From the NCBI RefSeq assembly GCF_006345805.1, contig NC_042999.1:73966001-74030000 (forward strand): a stretch of DNA of 64,000 nucleotides. The letters run 5' to 3'. The position numbers and the translations under genes were made by a program. Below are positions 1 through 12,134 of this stretch, in pieces. Within the stretch, counting starts at the first letter, position 1, and the number at the start of each line of letters is the position of its first letter. Source of the DNA: Octopus sinensis (taxonomy: Eukaryota). A model generated the notes under the pieces. It did not search any database and was not told the DNA's origin. It was given only the letters and a program-made list of their open reading frames with translations.

Positions 1-197
1 AGCCAAAACAGACTATGGAACCTGGTGTGGCTCCTGGCCTTGCCAGTTCCTGTCAAGCTGTTCAGTCCATGTTAGCATAGAGAACAGATGTCAAATGTTG
101 ATGATAATGATGGTTGTCATCATAACATTTATATAAAGTTGATTGGGTTGCATGAGTTTATTGATTAGCATCCTTCCATTCATTTGGATCATATATT

Positions 198-403
198 CTT
201 TTCTACTCTAGACACAAGGACCATAATTTTGGGGGAGGGGGCCAGTCAATTAGATTGATCCTAGTACACAACTGGTACTTAATTTATTGACCCCAAAAGG
301 ATGAAAGGCAAAGTTGACCTTGGTGGAATTTGAACTCAGAACAGATGAAATACTGCTAAGCATTTCACTCAGTGTACTAACGTTTCTGCCAGCTTGCTGC
401 CTT
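198..403 (-). mobile_element. tRNA-derived SINE (family A) with 16-bp TSD
   Basis: Minus-strand head with B-box-like GAGTTCAAATTCC. Identical ATTTGGATCATATATT at 182-197 and 404-419. Confidence 0.85.
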
Positions 404-442
404 ATTTGGATCATATATTGTTTCAGTTTGAGAAGCCTAATA

Positions 443-905
443 TGTGTTGCGTAGCCAACTAGAAACGGTGTTTCTTGGGGCTAAATAGCAATAAGATTTT
501 GCCCTTTCCTGGGACTGCCATATTAAGTTGACAGCAAGCCATCACTTTATCATGCTGTTACTGCATAACTCTCTCTGAGAGACTTAGAAATGTAATATTT
601 CTATTTTTGTAGACCAGCGAATGTATTTCACATGAGATTCTATAAATTTTTAACAGCAGATTAGCTGTGACATCTAGCAAGACCAAGCTACTCCAGACTG
701 ATTAAGAGCAATAAGCTTGAAACTAGTCTCTGGTTGCTGGCTTTGCTGGGTGGAGGTGCTTATCTCCCCTGTTTGAAAACTTAAGGACACAGAATGCTTG
801 TGTCATGTAGCCAGCTAGAAATGGTGTTTCTTGGGGCTAAATAACAGTAACACTCTTCCCTTTCCTGGGGCTGCCACATTAAGTTGGCAACAAGCCATCA
901 CTTTA
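443..905 (+). repeat. 356-bp unit plus partial second copy (107-bp direct repeats)
   Basis: 443-549 and 799-905 align at about 85% identity (hand count ~15 mismatches in 107). Confidence 0.85.
693..733 (+). ncRNA. Type I hammerhead ribozyme motif (G8 mutated)
   Basis: CCAGA-CTGATTA-A-GAGC AATAA GCTT-GAAA-CTAG-TC-TCTGG. Helix I is CCAGA/TCTGG, helix III is palindromic ACTAGT and the cleavage triplet is GUC. The core has T instead of G8. Confidence 0.7.
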
Positions 906-1050
906 ATTTTAATATATTTTTGTTAAAATTCGGTTTTCAAGATACTTTTATTATTGAAAATTTCAAGTACATGCTTCAATCAAAAACTAATTTTTATTCA
1001 CTGTGACATTTTAATTCACTGCAAAATAGTGTTTATACATCCAAAAATAA

Positions 1051-3266
1051 TAGTGTATTTGGAAAGTAATTGTGATTTTCACCACTATGAAATATGAATC
1101 AGCCAATCATATCAGAGCCAAGGTTGAATGGGCGGCAACTATCTAGAAATAATATATCGTCTCTTCTATTCAGCAGTGTGTCATTCATTGTTATTTCTGT
1201 GATTAATCCCATAGAAGATAAGAACTTTATGAAACAATATATTCACCATTGCTTACTGTATGAGTTTGAAAAGAAAAGTATGACTACAGAAGCAATGAAA
1301 AACATTTGTGAAGTGTATCCAAATGCAGTGGAAGCTTGTATATGTCAGCTGTGGTTTAAAAGGTTTAAAATGGCAATAGGAAATGACAATGGACCAAGAG
1401 ATTTGGTGATATGTGGTTCTTGAGAAGACCTGTCCATGTCAGCAAAACTGAGTTCTAGGAGTGCTGTGTATTCCACCCACATGTAACAATAAAAATTTTC
1501 ACACACCTTACCCCAACAAACCAAACTGCATCTCTTCTCTTCCTCACATATCCTCTTTCATACACTGTGCTTATCTCTCACTCCCCAATCCTGTCTTCAC
1601 GGCCCTGCTCACTGTATCATTGCCATCCAGTAGTACCCCACCCCCTCTATATACCCAGGTTTTTGCCAGTCACTGCATTCTCCACCTCCACTCTCTACTC
1701 ACTCTTCTTTGGCAATGCCCTGCCACTTATATTATGACTTCCATATCTTGAGGATATGTCCTGGTACTTGCCACCATCTTTCTTTGTCTTCTTTCACTCT
1801 ACTATCCCATTTATATTCTAATCTCCATCCCTTGTGAATATGCCCTGGCACTTCATCACCATCTCTCTTTGCTCTCTCTTGCACTCTTACTGTCTACCAC
1901 TCTCTCCTTCTCTTGCTCTTCCCTTAGGCTGGGTAACCATCTATTTCCTTTACAGTAGCATGCCTGTTTCTGTCCTCATTCTTGATCACTCTCTCTCTCT
2001 CTCCGGCTGGGAAACCATATACATTCTCTACAGCAAGACACCTGTTTATGTCTCTCTATCACACTCTAACCTCTCATCATCTGTCACAAGATCACTTCCT
2101 CCAATGCCCACTCCCCTCTCAAATGATCTTGCAGGTTACTTGCTGACCCTGTCAGTGCTGGTGCCACGAAAAGAGCATCCAGTCCACACTGTAAAGAGGT
2201 TGGCACTTGGTAGGACTTCCATCTGTAAAAACCATGCCAAAACTGACCTTACCTGTGCTCATACCACATAAAAAGCATTCAGTCCACTCTGATGGGTGGT
2301 AGGTGTTAGGAAGGGCATCCAACTATAAAAACTGTGCCAAAACATATACAGAAGTTTCGTGCAGTCTTCTGCCTGGCCAGCTTCTGTCAAACTGTCCAAC
2401 CCATGTCAGCATGGAAGACGGACGTTAAACAATGGCGGTGATGATGATGATGATGATATTATATTGGATCCACTTCAAAGCACCAGAGATTTGGTGCAAA
2501 AATTTAATGTGTCAGGCAAATTGGGAAAACATGCAAAATGGAAATTTTGGTTCCACACGAGCTTATGCTTGAGAACAGAACACAACGTTACCATCTGCAG
2601 CAGTTTTCTAACCAGGAATAACAACCTGTCATTACTGGAGCTCATTGTTACAGGTGATGAAAAATGGGTTTTGTATCACAACAGAAAAGAAAAAAGACAA
2701 TAGTTTTCATGTAATGAAAGGCCAGTGCCAACACCAAAGTCAGAATTCCCTCCACAAAAATCCTTGTTCTGTGTTTGGTGGAATGAGCTACTGGAACATA
2801 GAAGGACCATCAATGCAGATGTCTATTGCCAACAACTTGATCATGTTAATGAAAAATTATTTTGAAAGTGGCTAGCTTTGGTAAACAGAAAAGGTGTTAT
2901 TCTCCAGCATGACATTGCATGGCCACACTCTTCAAAATAAGTCCAAGAAAAAATAAGATTGTTAGGATGGGAAGTTCTTCCACATCTTCCATACTTGGCA
3001 CCTATGGATTTCGATCTGCTCTGATCACTAGAACATTTTATAAACGGCAAAACATTCAGAAACAGAGAAGTTGAGAACAGTCTTTCAGACACTTTTTTCA
3101 GGAAAAGAAATAGGTTTCTTTGAACATGGCATAAAAAAGTTACTTTCTAATTGGACTGCAACAAAGGTGATTTACATTCTTGATTAAAACTATTCAGGTA
3201 AACATAATTTACATTCGTTTTTTTATCCTTTCTGGTGAAATGCAATTTACTTTCCTAACACCCTAA
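1051..3266 (+). mobile_element. Mariner transposon pseudogene split by a ~1-kb insertion
   Basis: HTH 'IHHCLLYEF..CQLWFKRFK' (1230-1370), then 'IVTGDEKWVLYHN', 'ILQHDIAWPHSS' and 'WEVLPHLPY.LAP.DF' (2460-3130). Degenerate TIRs at 1051-1080 and 3237-3266. Confidence 0.88.
1424..2457 (+). mobile_element. Non-coding CT-rich element ending in RTE-type 3' tail and (GAT)n
   Basis: Pyrimidine-rich body, then GTTAGGAAGGGCATCCA...CCAACCCATG..AGCATGGAA..CGGACGTTAAAC and (GAT)n. It interrupts the mariner ORF. The left boundary is approximate. Confidence 0.6.
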
Positions 3267-3668
3267 TGTAAAGGTTGCTCAAATATTTACATTGCTTTCT
3301 ACAAATTATGGATTTAATTCATCTGCAGCCAATGTCATATTTGTTGGTTGCTGAAGAAATAGAAATCTGAATAAGTACTTCCCCACTCATTTTGTTTCCT
3401 CATAACTTTTTGAAAAATGGATATTTTTTAATGAAATTTTCAACTTATACATTTCAGATGGTGTAGAATACAATTAACTGTGGTCTCTGTTAACTGTTGA
3501 ATATATAACTTGTCTGTTTTCTTCTTACAGTTGTGAGCATTTTACATACAACCAAGCATTGCAAGAAAGTTTAACCACAGCAATAATAGTTGCCTTCATC
3601 CAAGTATCATATACAAAAAAAAAAGAAAAAGAAAAAATTATTTCTTGTATGGTTTACTGTGGCTTCAA

Positions 3669-3884
3669 CCCTTTTGTTACCATATTTCTGTTGAAATATG
3701 TTTTGTTTCAATTAATCTTGTAAATAATGAAAACTTTAGTAAAATAACTTTGTCATTATTAAGCTGGTGTTTGAAGCCTAAATCAAAGTCAAATTTTGAT
3801 GGAATGTTTTAATTTACATTGCTTTAAACAGGAAGTTTGTATCATAGAATCCAGGCTGGTTCTGGTGAGTTGGTATCAAAAGGG
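3669..3884. mobile_element. piggyBac-like MITE
   Basis: CCCTTTTG...CAAAAGGG termini flanked by TCAA and TTAA. Confidence 0.65.
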
Positions 3885-4135
3885 TTAAAGGGGAATTTTG
3901 GGAAGCAACTACCAAATATTTTAATAGGGAACTGGATAAAGAAAGGTTATGAGATTTGGATGTTTCCTTTCTTTCTTTCTTTTTTTTTTTACACAGATAT
4001 ATGAAAAATAAAGCAAGGTTCTTCTGCATTCTTATCATTACCTTCTTGCATACCGGTGTGTGTCTGCAACCTAGTATTCACCAATATTAGTTTTAAACTT
4101 ATAACTTTCGTTATGAAAACTGGAGAGTTTACACT

Positions 4136-4363
4136 TGAACCTCTTAGCATTTGAATTAGCCATATCTGGTCCAAATATTCTAGCCATTTTATGTTCAAAC
4201 TGGCTAGATCCTGCCTACCACAATTATCCTACAATGTCATTCTAAATATAAACAATCATATCATCGAAATCTCAAAACTATGAGATAATGCATAATAAAT
4301 TCAAAGCAGTATGAAGAAATAAGCATTACATTAGACAGAGTAGTCAGAATACTAAAAGATTAA
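4136..4363. mobile_element. piggyBac-like MITE, degraded copy of the 48126-48339 family
   Basis: Shared internal sequence (TATCTGG.CCAAATATT; TACAATGTCATTCTAAA) with degenerate termini. Confidence 0.55.
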
Positions 4364-5680
4364 AGAATTCCTTACCAATGATCTTCAGGCATCAGTATTA
4401 GTAACTTATTTGTTCATTAAGTATTTCTTTACCAAAAACTATCGAAATACAGAATTGTTATACTGGAAAGTGCTTGAAGCTCTTTTTATGCTAAATGTTC
4501 TTAACATTTGGGAGTAAAATGAAAAACTGACCCATGCTACTTGTAGTAATGTAATATATGAAACTATGAAGAATACAATCAAGACAGTATTTGGAGATAT
4601 TTCACTAAGTAAGGATATAATACAAGCTATAAAATTTGAACGAGTGTGCATAAACTTTAATACTACTGGTTTTGTAGAAAAAAGAGGAGGCAAATGATTT
4701 TACAGAGGCAACTATCAGTCTTATTGTGATAAGGTAAACCACCCACCACACAGTGAAAGCAAAATCATGAAATGCTTTAAGTGAAAGACCACAAAGAATA
4801 TTGACAGAGACTGTCAATATTCTTAGATGCAGGCATGGCTGTGGTTTCAGGTTCAGTCTCACCGTGTGATACTTTTGGCAAGTGTCTTCTACTATAGCTC
4901 TGAGAAAACCAAAGCCTTGTGAATGGATTTGGCAGATGGAAATTGAAAGAAGCCTGTCATATATAATAAATGTATTTACATGGGTGTGTTAGTGTTTCCT
5001 TGTCCTGACATTGTGTGGTAATTGTAAACAAGTATCAATGTCATACAAGTGGTTCACTTCATTCTCAATTTTCCATGAAAATATGCCTGGCCATGGAGAA
5101 TTATTACTTTACTTGGGAACAATTGAGGGTTCTCTTCTACATTTAATTATTTGAAATCTTCCTATAAGGAGGGAGCTGGTTTCTAACAAAGATACAAAGC
5201 TCCCTCATTGGAATGTAGATAACAGTTTAAGATTTCATAAAAAGTTTGCATATTTCTACCGTCCCCTTACAGATTGTATTTGTAATGTGTCTGTTAGCTG
5301 GTTGATTTCTTTTTTTGAAAACTCCTTATCCAGATTGTCACTTCTTTATTTACAAAACCAAGTGTGCCAACTATTATTAGTATAAATGTGAATTTATAAT
5401 CTGGATATAGAAGTTGGAAATTTCAAAGCACTTGTCTGCATTTATCTTCTTTCTCTTTAATTTTTTAAGAGATATTCCATCAACCCATGACAGCTGATCT
5501 CTATGATGGTTCATACATTTCTTCTATGAGCCAAACAACAATATCAGGACCTTGTAGTATAATGCCTTGTAATCTAGCTCTTTGTATTCTGTGTTTAAAT
5601 CCTGCCATTGCCTACTTGGGTAGTAATCCATTTTCCAGTTTAGCACCATTGTCTAGCTCCTTGCATGACTCTAGTTGAGT

Positions 5681-5784
5681 TCACACAGTTGCAAGCATTT
5701 TGGGTCCAATCTTAGGTTTGAGTATACCTTCCTCCCTCCTGCTTATATCAGATCTGTAAAATGTCACAAACTCTAACTTCTCTC
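5681..5784 (-). CDS. Orphan exon candidate of an unidentified gene
   Basis: Very long polypyrimidine tract plus aatcag acceptor (5785-5830). The longest open frame reads (x)EKLEFVTFYRSDISRREEGILKPKIGPKMLATV*. An alternative donor AG|gtatac after 57 nt is possible. No family recognised. Confidence 0.45.
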
Positions 5785-6222
5785 CTGATTAAAAGAGAAA
5801 AAAAAAAGAAAAAAAGAAAGAAAAAAATTTGAATGCAGAACATGGAACATAAAGAAATTAAACAACTCTGTCAACTCTTAAATCAAACTTTTATACTGCA
5901 CTTACAGAAACATTTGTGACCTCAGTAGTTATTAAGTTACATGGAAAGGCCATGGACATGGATTATCAGTATTGAGGTATTAGGTGTTGGTCTGAAGTAT
6001 TTTCTGGGCAACACCCAAGTATTTTTGTTTGTGCTATAGAATTTCAATATTATATAACTCTATGCAACAGTAATCTTTTTATTATAAATATAAAATAAGG
6101 TGAATTAGATAAAACATACATACGTCTGTCTGTATGTATGTGTGTGTGTGTACGTATGTATGTGTGTGTGTGTACGTATGTATGTGTGTATGCACATACA
6201 TTCATGCACTCCTGTATGCATG

Positions 6223-6257
<35 letters not shown>

Positions 6258-6619
6258 ATGTGTGCATAGGTTGAAGTTACTAAGTCACATGACTGTTTAG
6301 AAGATTCTAGATTAATGCATGAGTATATAAGGAAGGCCTGGTCTCTGTCTGTGGGAAGTAGTAAGCAGAAGTTAGTCAGTGTGAAACTAATTATAAAGGA
6401 ACTACATTTCGCAGATGTGTGTTTTGAAGACACCTAGCTGTCCTCGACTTCTCTGGGCAAACTGGCTTGCTGGGCTGGTCTGTGGTTTCCCTACTACTAA
6501 CTTTTGCTGTTGGAGTTGTGGTGGTACAGAAGGCCAAGTTTTGCAACATTGATATCAGGAGTATGATGTACCTAATGGTGACCAGAAAGTAGCTTTGGAT
6601 CCTAGACTGAAACATGAGG

Positions 6620-8480
6620 CTCCAGTGTTTAGGCCCTGATCCAGTGAAGTGTAAGTTGCCATTAAAAAGAAGCCATTAAAAAGAAGCCACAAGAATTTGA
6701 TGCCAAGGTATCATAGAGGGCCTACTGTGTCCAGTTTGAGCGGGATCAGAATAGGTGGAATGATAAGCAAAAAGAGTAGTTCATGTTGTTACTAGTCTGA
6801 AAGGTGCTGCAATGGGGTGCTGAGCCACCTGTCAGTGGAAGAGAGGAGCTGTTATTTGTCACGAGTTGAAGTATTACAGAAAAGGTATGGCACCATGTAC
6901 CAGAATGAAGTGTACAAAGCATGATTTTGGGTCCATGTAAGGGCTACAGAGCAGTCACTACAGCAGCTTGTCCAGGACCTGGAGAGTGTGGTGAATAAGG
7001 CATACCCTATGACAACATCTGGTCTCTTGGGTCTTCTTCTTAAAGATCAGTTTTTCAACATTCTGGGCAGTGTAGAGCTCAAAGTTGAAGTGAAGGAGGC
7101 ACAGGAAGTTTCCAGGTGGGCTACAGTTCCAGATTCAAAACAAAGATGGAGCAAGTACATGAAGCAGGAAGATTTAATGGACATTGTTGGTACTGTGAGA
7201 AGCCAGGGCATAAAAGAAAGGACTGTTATAAGAAAAGAACAAGAGATATTTGGAGGAAGTTGCTGACACTGTTGGAAGCCAGGACACCAGAAGTAAGATT
7301 GGTACAGTCTGGAGAGAGAGCAAAAGTAGAACGATCATTGAAAGTTTACATTTAGGATAGAATGCTGGACATGTGGTGAAAAAGAATATCTGAGTTTTGA
7401 CTGCCCTGCTAAAAGGAGAGTAAGAAGGTAACCAAAGGATTAGAAGAGTTGGGAAACTAGAAGGGGCTGGTGTTAAGGGGCAACAGCCTGCCAAAGATTC
7501 CAAAGAAGCCTCTGCTCCAAGAAGATGTAAAAGGACTGTGATTGACAGTGTACAAGTGGTCAGGAGGACTGATGACCAGAGGTGTCCCCTTGTAATTGAT
7601 TCAGCCTCAGAGCAGACTTTTGTGAGACTCAAGGTGTTGCAGCATTGAAACCTACCAGAGTCATCACAGTAGTTGTCAAGATAGTAAAGATGGACCACTG
7701 CTGGTGATGAGGTGAGGGCATTACAGATGAGATCCCACCAAGATCATAATTACTGATCTCAGTGTAGTGTGAGTGACTCACTTGATGGCTGTCTGGGGAT
7801 GGTGCGGCCCAACAGGCAGTACAAGATGAAGGCTGGAGTGATGGTGGGACAAATCCTGGTGCAGAAGTGCAATTTCTTGGGGATGGGGGGGGGGGCAGAA
7901 GATTTACAAAGCACAAATTGTGGGACTGACCAAGAGCAGAGTTGACTGGAAACATGCTGAAGTAGTGTAGTTAGGGGAAGTTGGAGTCTGCTAGTGCATT
8001 TACAAGACCTGTTTGCACAGAGCTGTCAGTGCTTGGATGGCATTCAGGTGTTGTGGTTGAGGCAGCTGTTAGCAAGGTATGCTGATGTGTTCTCTGCAGG
8101 AGACTGATACCTTGGTTGCATGGATCTGGTGGAGCACCATATTGACACTGGAGATCATCACCCAATCAAGCGAAGGGTTCAGAGGATGGAGTCAGCTCAG
8201 CAGCAGGAAATGGAAAAGGTAAGGGATGATTATCAATGTCAGGGGCAATGGAAAAATTGAGCAGTCCCTGGGCATCAGGAGTTGTTTTAGTGTGGAAGAA
8301 AGACAGTTCAGCGAAATATTGGGGTTATGAAGCTCTGAATAAAGTGACAGTGAAGGATGCATATCCTTTGCCATAAATTGATGACATGCTTGATGCTTTA
8401 GCAGGTGCTTAGTGGTTCTCTACTTTGGATATGAAAGCAGGGTACCATCAAGTCCCTGCTACTGACTTTTGCTATTGGAG
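6620..8480 (+). mobile_element. Gypsy LTR retrotransposon remnant (gag, CCHC knuckles, protease, RT N-terminus)
   Basis: gag-like 'KKPQEFD'; knuckle CWYCEKPGHKRKDC; protease-like 'LVIDSASEQTFV'; RT 'EHHIDTGDHHPIK..KDAYPLP.IDDMLDAL...FSTLDMKAGYHQV'. Many stops and frameshifts. Confidence 0.88.
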
Positions 8481-8660
8481 CTGTGTTGGTACAGAAGGGA
8501 GACTGTTTTGCAACAGTATATTTATTTTTGAACATATCTCATTATTATTATCATATCTATTTTCCATATTGCTATGGGTTGGATAAGTTGTCATGGACTG
8601 TGACAGTTTTTAATCAGAGATACTGTTATTCTAGATGCAAAGGAGAACAGCATCTCAGTC

Positions 8661-9240
8661 ATACAAGGTGGTATCAGAAAGTTCTTGGACTAGTTCTGCA
8701 GCACACCAACAGTAGTGTGTAGAGTGAGAGCTATCAGTGATCTTCATGAGGCAGTGTGCTGAATGACATCACTATGTTTACTTTACAAGTTGAGTAATTT
8801 GTGTTTTTGTGATCATCTGTGTGCTATAGTTGGCAATTTTTACCATGGACAGGAAGTTGGAGCAAAGGGCAAATGTGAAATTTTGCTTCAAACTTGGGAA
8901 GTTTGCTAGAGACATTGAGCAAGCTTACAGTGACAAGGCAATGCGTTGTAAGCAATGTTTTGAGTGGCATGGGCACTTCAAAAGTAGAAGAATGTTTCTG
9001 AAAAATGTTGAGTGATCTGGAAGATCTGCCAAAAGTGTCACCCCTGGAAATGTGGAGAAAATTCTTCAGCTTGCACATGAGGATCATTGGAGGACAATCA
9101 ATGATGTTTTGAAGTGTTTGATGGGGTACATTTGGCAAAAGTAACTAGATCTGTGGAGTGCAAAGATTTGGATTCTTCATAATGACAATGCACTCTGTCA
9201 CTGAGCTCTCCTCACTCAACAGTTTCTCACCAAAAACAAC
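8661..9240 (+). mobile_element. Mariner remnant (5' TIR plus HTH, internally deleted)
   Basis: TACAAGGTGGTATCAGAAAGTTC TIR-like start; 'EQRANVKFCFKLGK..QAYSDKAM..QCFEWH'; later 'LHNDNALCH'. Confidence 0.8.
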
Positions 9241-9384
9241 ACGGTATCGCTTCCACACCGATTTATTCGACCAAAGGCGGTGCTCCAGCATGGCCACAGT
9301 TACATGACTGAAACAAGTAAAACAATAAAAAAAACTATGCCATTTTAATCCCAAGCAAGGCTGGGTATCTCTGCTAGTATTATA

Positions 9385-9662
9385 AACATAGTGAAAGTAT
9401 TAATAGTGGAAGTTTTAAAAGTGAAACTATTATCACACATTACAATAGAGATGTTATTGTTTCACTTTTGACATGTAATATTGAAACAGTCTAAGAGATT
9501 GCTCCAGGCTCGCATTAGGCAAGAAGATGAACATTTTTTGGCCCATGGCACTCCATGGACCCTAAGTAGTGTATGTGTAAAATTTGAATGAAATTGGTTG
9601 GATAGTTCTTGAGTTTTAGTGATGCACACATATATACACATTCTCAGTTTTATACATATAGA
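9385..9662 (-). mobile_element. Helitron/HINE-like non-autonomous element
   Basis: Minus strand begins TCTATATGTATAAAACTGAGAA. Reverse complement of 10536-10875. A hairpin+CTAG motif lies next to it at 9346-9381. Confidence 0.6.
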
Positions 9663-10229
9663 TAACTAGTCTGGGGACCTTTTGATACCATCTCATATAT
9701 TCCATTTCTAGCTTGATTTCTTCCAATAGATAACCTTTCTAATATCAACTGAGTACATTATTAAGACAAGAGCATGAAAGTGGTTGCCATATCCTTGACA
9801 AAACTAGATCTTCTCAATATCACCAAAAATCAGAAAGAAATGAAATACAGCACTATGTCATCTTTATAAGAAAAATATGGGAACTTCCAGAAGTGATACT
9901 GTGAAAGTTTAATTTAATTTAATTCACTTCAATATTTTTCTTTTTCACATTTCATTCCAGCATGAAGTGGTCATCTTAAAATGATTGAAACTGGTAGCAT
10001 CATTGTGGTATACTAGCTAATGGTTTTTTACACTATATCTATATAGCCATAGTCTGGTGATTCAGTTCATTCCTGGTATATGATGTTGATAAGCCACAAA
10101 ATATTGGTGTCTATCACTCCTGAATGGGATAAAGGGAAAGTTATCTCACTTATCATTGACTTTCAGGTGTTTTAACACATACCTCGAGTACATGCAGTCA
10201 ATAACATTACAACACTAGCACTACTTCTA

Positions 10230-10337
10230 ATCCATCCATCCATCCATCCATCCGGCCGGCCGGCCATGGGACTCGAACCCATATCCCTCAAAGATTCTGG
10301 CTGAGTGCTTTGCCATTATACTGAACTACTTGCTGGC
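10230..10337 (-). mobile_element. Short tRNA-derived SINE-like element with (ATGG)n tail
   Basis: A-box-like TAGTTCAGT..TGG, perfect T-arm ATGGG-TTCGAGT-CCCAT, then (GGCC)3 and (ATGG)n. The acceptor stem is not tRNA-like. Confidence 0.65.
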
Positions 10338-10535
10338 AAATTCATCCACTATAATTTAGCTTTATAGAACAACCATGTGTGTATAAATGTAAGCAAATAT
10401 TTGTTCTTGTATTAGAAGCATTGAAACATGGTATTGTACAATACAAATAAGAAAATATATTTTCGAATGCAGAGTTACTGTCAGAACAGCAGAAATATAC
10501 ATGTATATATGCATATATATATATACATACATATA

Positions 10536-10875
10536 TCTACATATATAGAACTGAGAATGTGTGTGTGTGTGTGTATGTGTGTGTGTGTCTGTCTGTCTAT
10601 CTGTCTGTCTGTGTTTGTATGCACGCATCACTAAAACTTGAGAACTGCCAAACCAATTTCATTCAAATTTTATACATGCCTTACTTGGCGTCCACCCAGG
10701 TGTCATGGGACAAAAAAATTTTTAACTTCTTACCCAATGCGTGCCCAGATCAATCTCTTATCTCTTACACTGTTTCGGTATAACATGTCAAAAGTGAAAC
10801 AATAACATCTCTATTGTAATGTGATACAATAGTTTCACTATTATATGGTTTCAATTTCAATTAGTTTCACTATGT
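10536..10875 (+). mobile_element. Helitron/HINE-like non-autonomous element
   Basis: TC start, internal (GT)/(CTGT) microsatellite, then AACTGCCAAACCAATTTCATTCAAATTT, as in DINE/HINE-type elements. Confidence 0.6.
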
Positions 10876-11167
10876 ACTTATATATATTTATGTATATTTA
10901 TGTGTGTATGTATATATGTGTGTGTTTATATACATATATATATATATATTATGTCTGTGGCTGGTGTTATGAGTGAAATTGTGCAGGTCAGCCTGGATGT
11001 ATTGGAGAAATACATGTGTTTAAGCAAAAGGAATGGAACAAATGTAAAACTGAATCCACCTGGGGATGTAATACACATTACAAAGAGGCAAACAACTGTA
11101 TACAAAGCTTGGTCTCTTAAAATGAAAAAAATTGAAAAAGCTACTAAAGAGTTGCTATCCTTGCCAA

Positions 11168-12134
11168 AACAGACCAGTACTCGCCCAGAAAAACAAGGCA
11201 TTTGGACTACATATCACAGTTCACATCACTGGCACTGACAACATCCCCGCCGACGCCTTATCTTGCCTGCCTGTCAGTGCATTGTCACCTTCTGCTTCAA
11301 TTGATTTGGTTGCTATGGCTACTGACCAACCCTCCTTGGACTCTCAGGACGTCTCTTCACCAGTTTTCCTGCTGCAAGTTTGAAAACCTGCCTCTGCCTT
11401 TTTCTGAAGGAATTATTCTCTATAATGTTTCTACTGGGTCACCCGGACCCCTCGTTCATGAACATCACTGTCATGCTGTTTTTGAAGCTCTGCATTCACT
11501 GTCACATCCTGGCATTGTGGCCACAGTAAAGCTTATCGTGGCCCGCTTTTTCTGGCCGAATATGCGTTGGTCTATTACTTCTTGGTCACATGCCTGTCTA
11601 CCATGTCAGCATTCCAAGGTGCATCGTCATGTGAGAGCACCTCTTGAGCAATTCCAGCCACTGGACACCAGGTTCCATCACATACACAATAACCTAACTG
11701 GTCCTTGGCCAGTCAGTTGTGGATTTAATTATATATTGATCTGCATTGATCACTTCTCCAGATGGCGTGAAGCCATCCCTCTTGTGAATATTTCTGTGGA
11801 AATAGACGCCAGAGCATTCATCTCCAGATAGGTATCTCATTTTGGAGTACCCTCTAGAATTACCACTGATCTTGGACGCCAATTTGAAGCTTATCTGTTC
11901 CATGGGCTTTTGAGATTGCTCAGAGTTCAGCACATCCACACCACAAGCTACTATCCCTCCGCGAATGGTATGGTGGAACAATTCCACCACCAGCTTAAAG
12001 CTGCTATTCTCATGGCTCCTGATTGTCATTGTTGGTCCGAATTTCTCCCCATTGTGTTGCTGGGGTGCTGCTCAGCTGTCAAGGAGGATTTAGGCTACCC
12101 TTCTGCTGAGCTCCTGTATGGCACCACCTTAATG
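11168..12134 (+). mobile_element. Gypsy pol fragment (RNase H end plus integrase)
   Basis: 'RHLDYISQF', 'GTDNIPADALS', zinc-binding 'HSLSHPG...WPNM..CLPCQ', core 'CIDHFSRW.EAIP', 'ITTDLGRQF', 'TTSYYPSANGMVE'. Confidence 0.92.

Noticed and set aside
1094-1423. SETMAR-like host gene
   Set aside because: No SET domain, and the transposase is interrupted and full of stops; it is an ordinary mariner fossil.
4439-4693. Membrane-protein-like ORF
   Set aside because: No recognisable family or convincing splice signals; the AT-rich composition explains the hydrophobicity.
6576-6583. tRNA-Trp PBS for the 6620-8480 Gypsy remnant
   Set aside because: Only an 8-nt match, with no definable LTR end immediately upstream.
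10266-10337. Functional tRNA gene
   Set aside because: The acceptor and D stems do not pair properly, the anticodon loop is irregular, and a simple-repeat tail follows.
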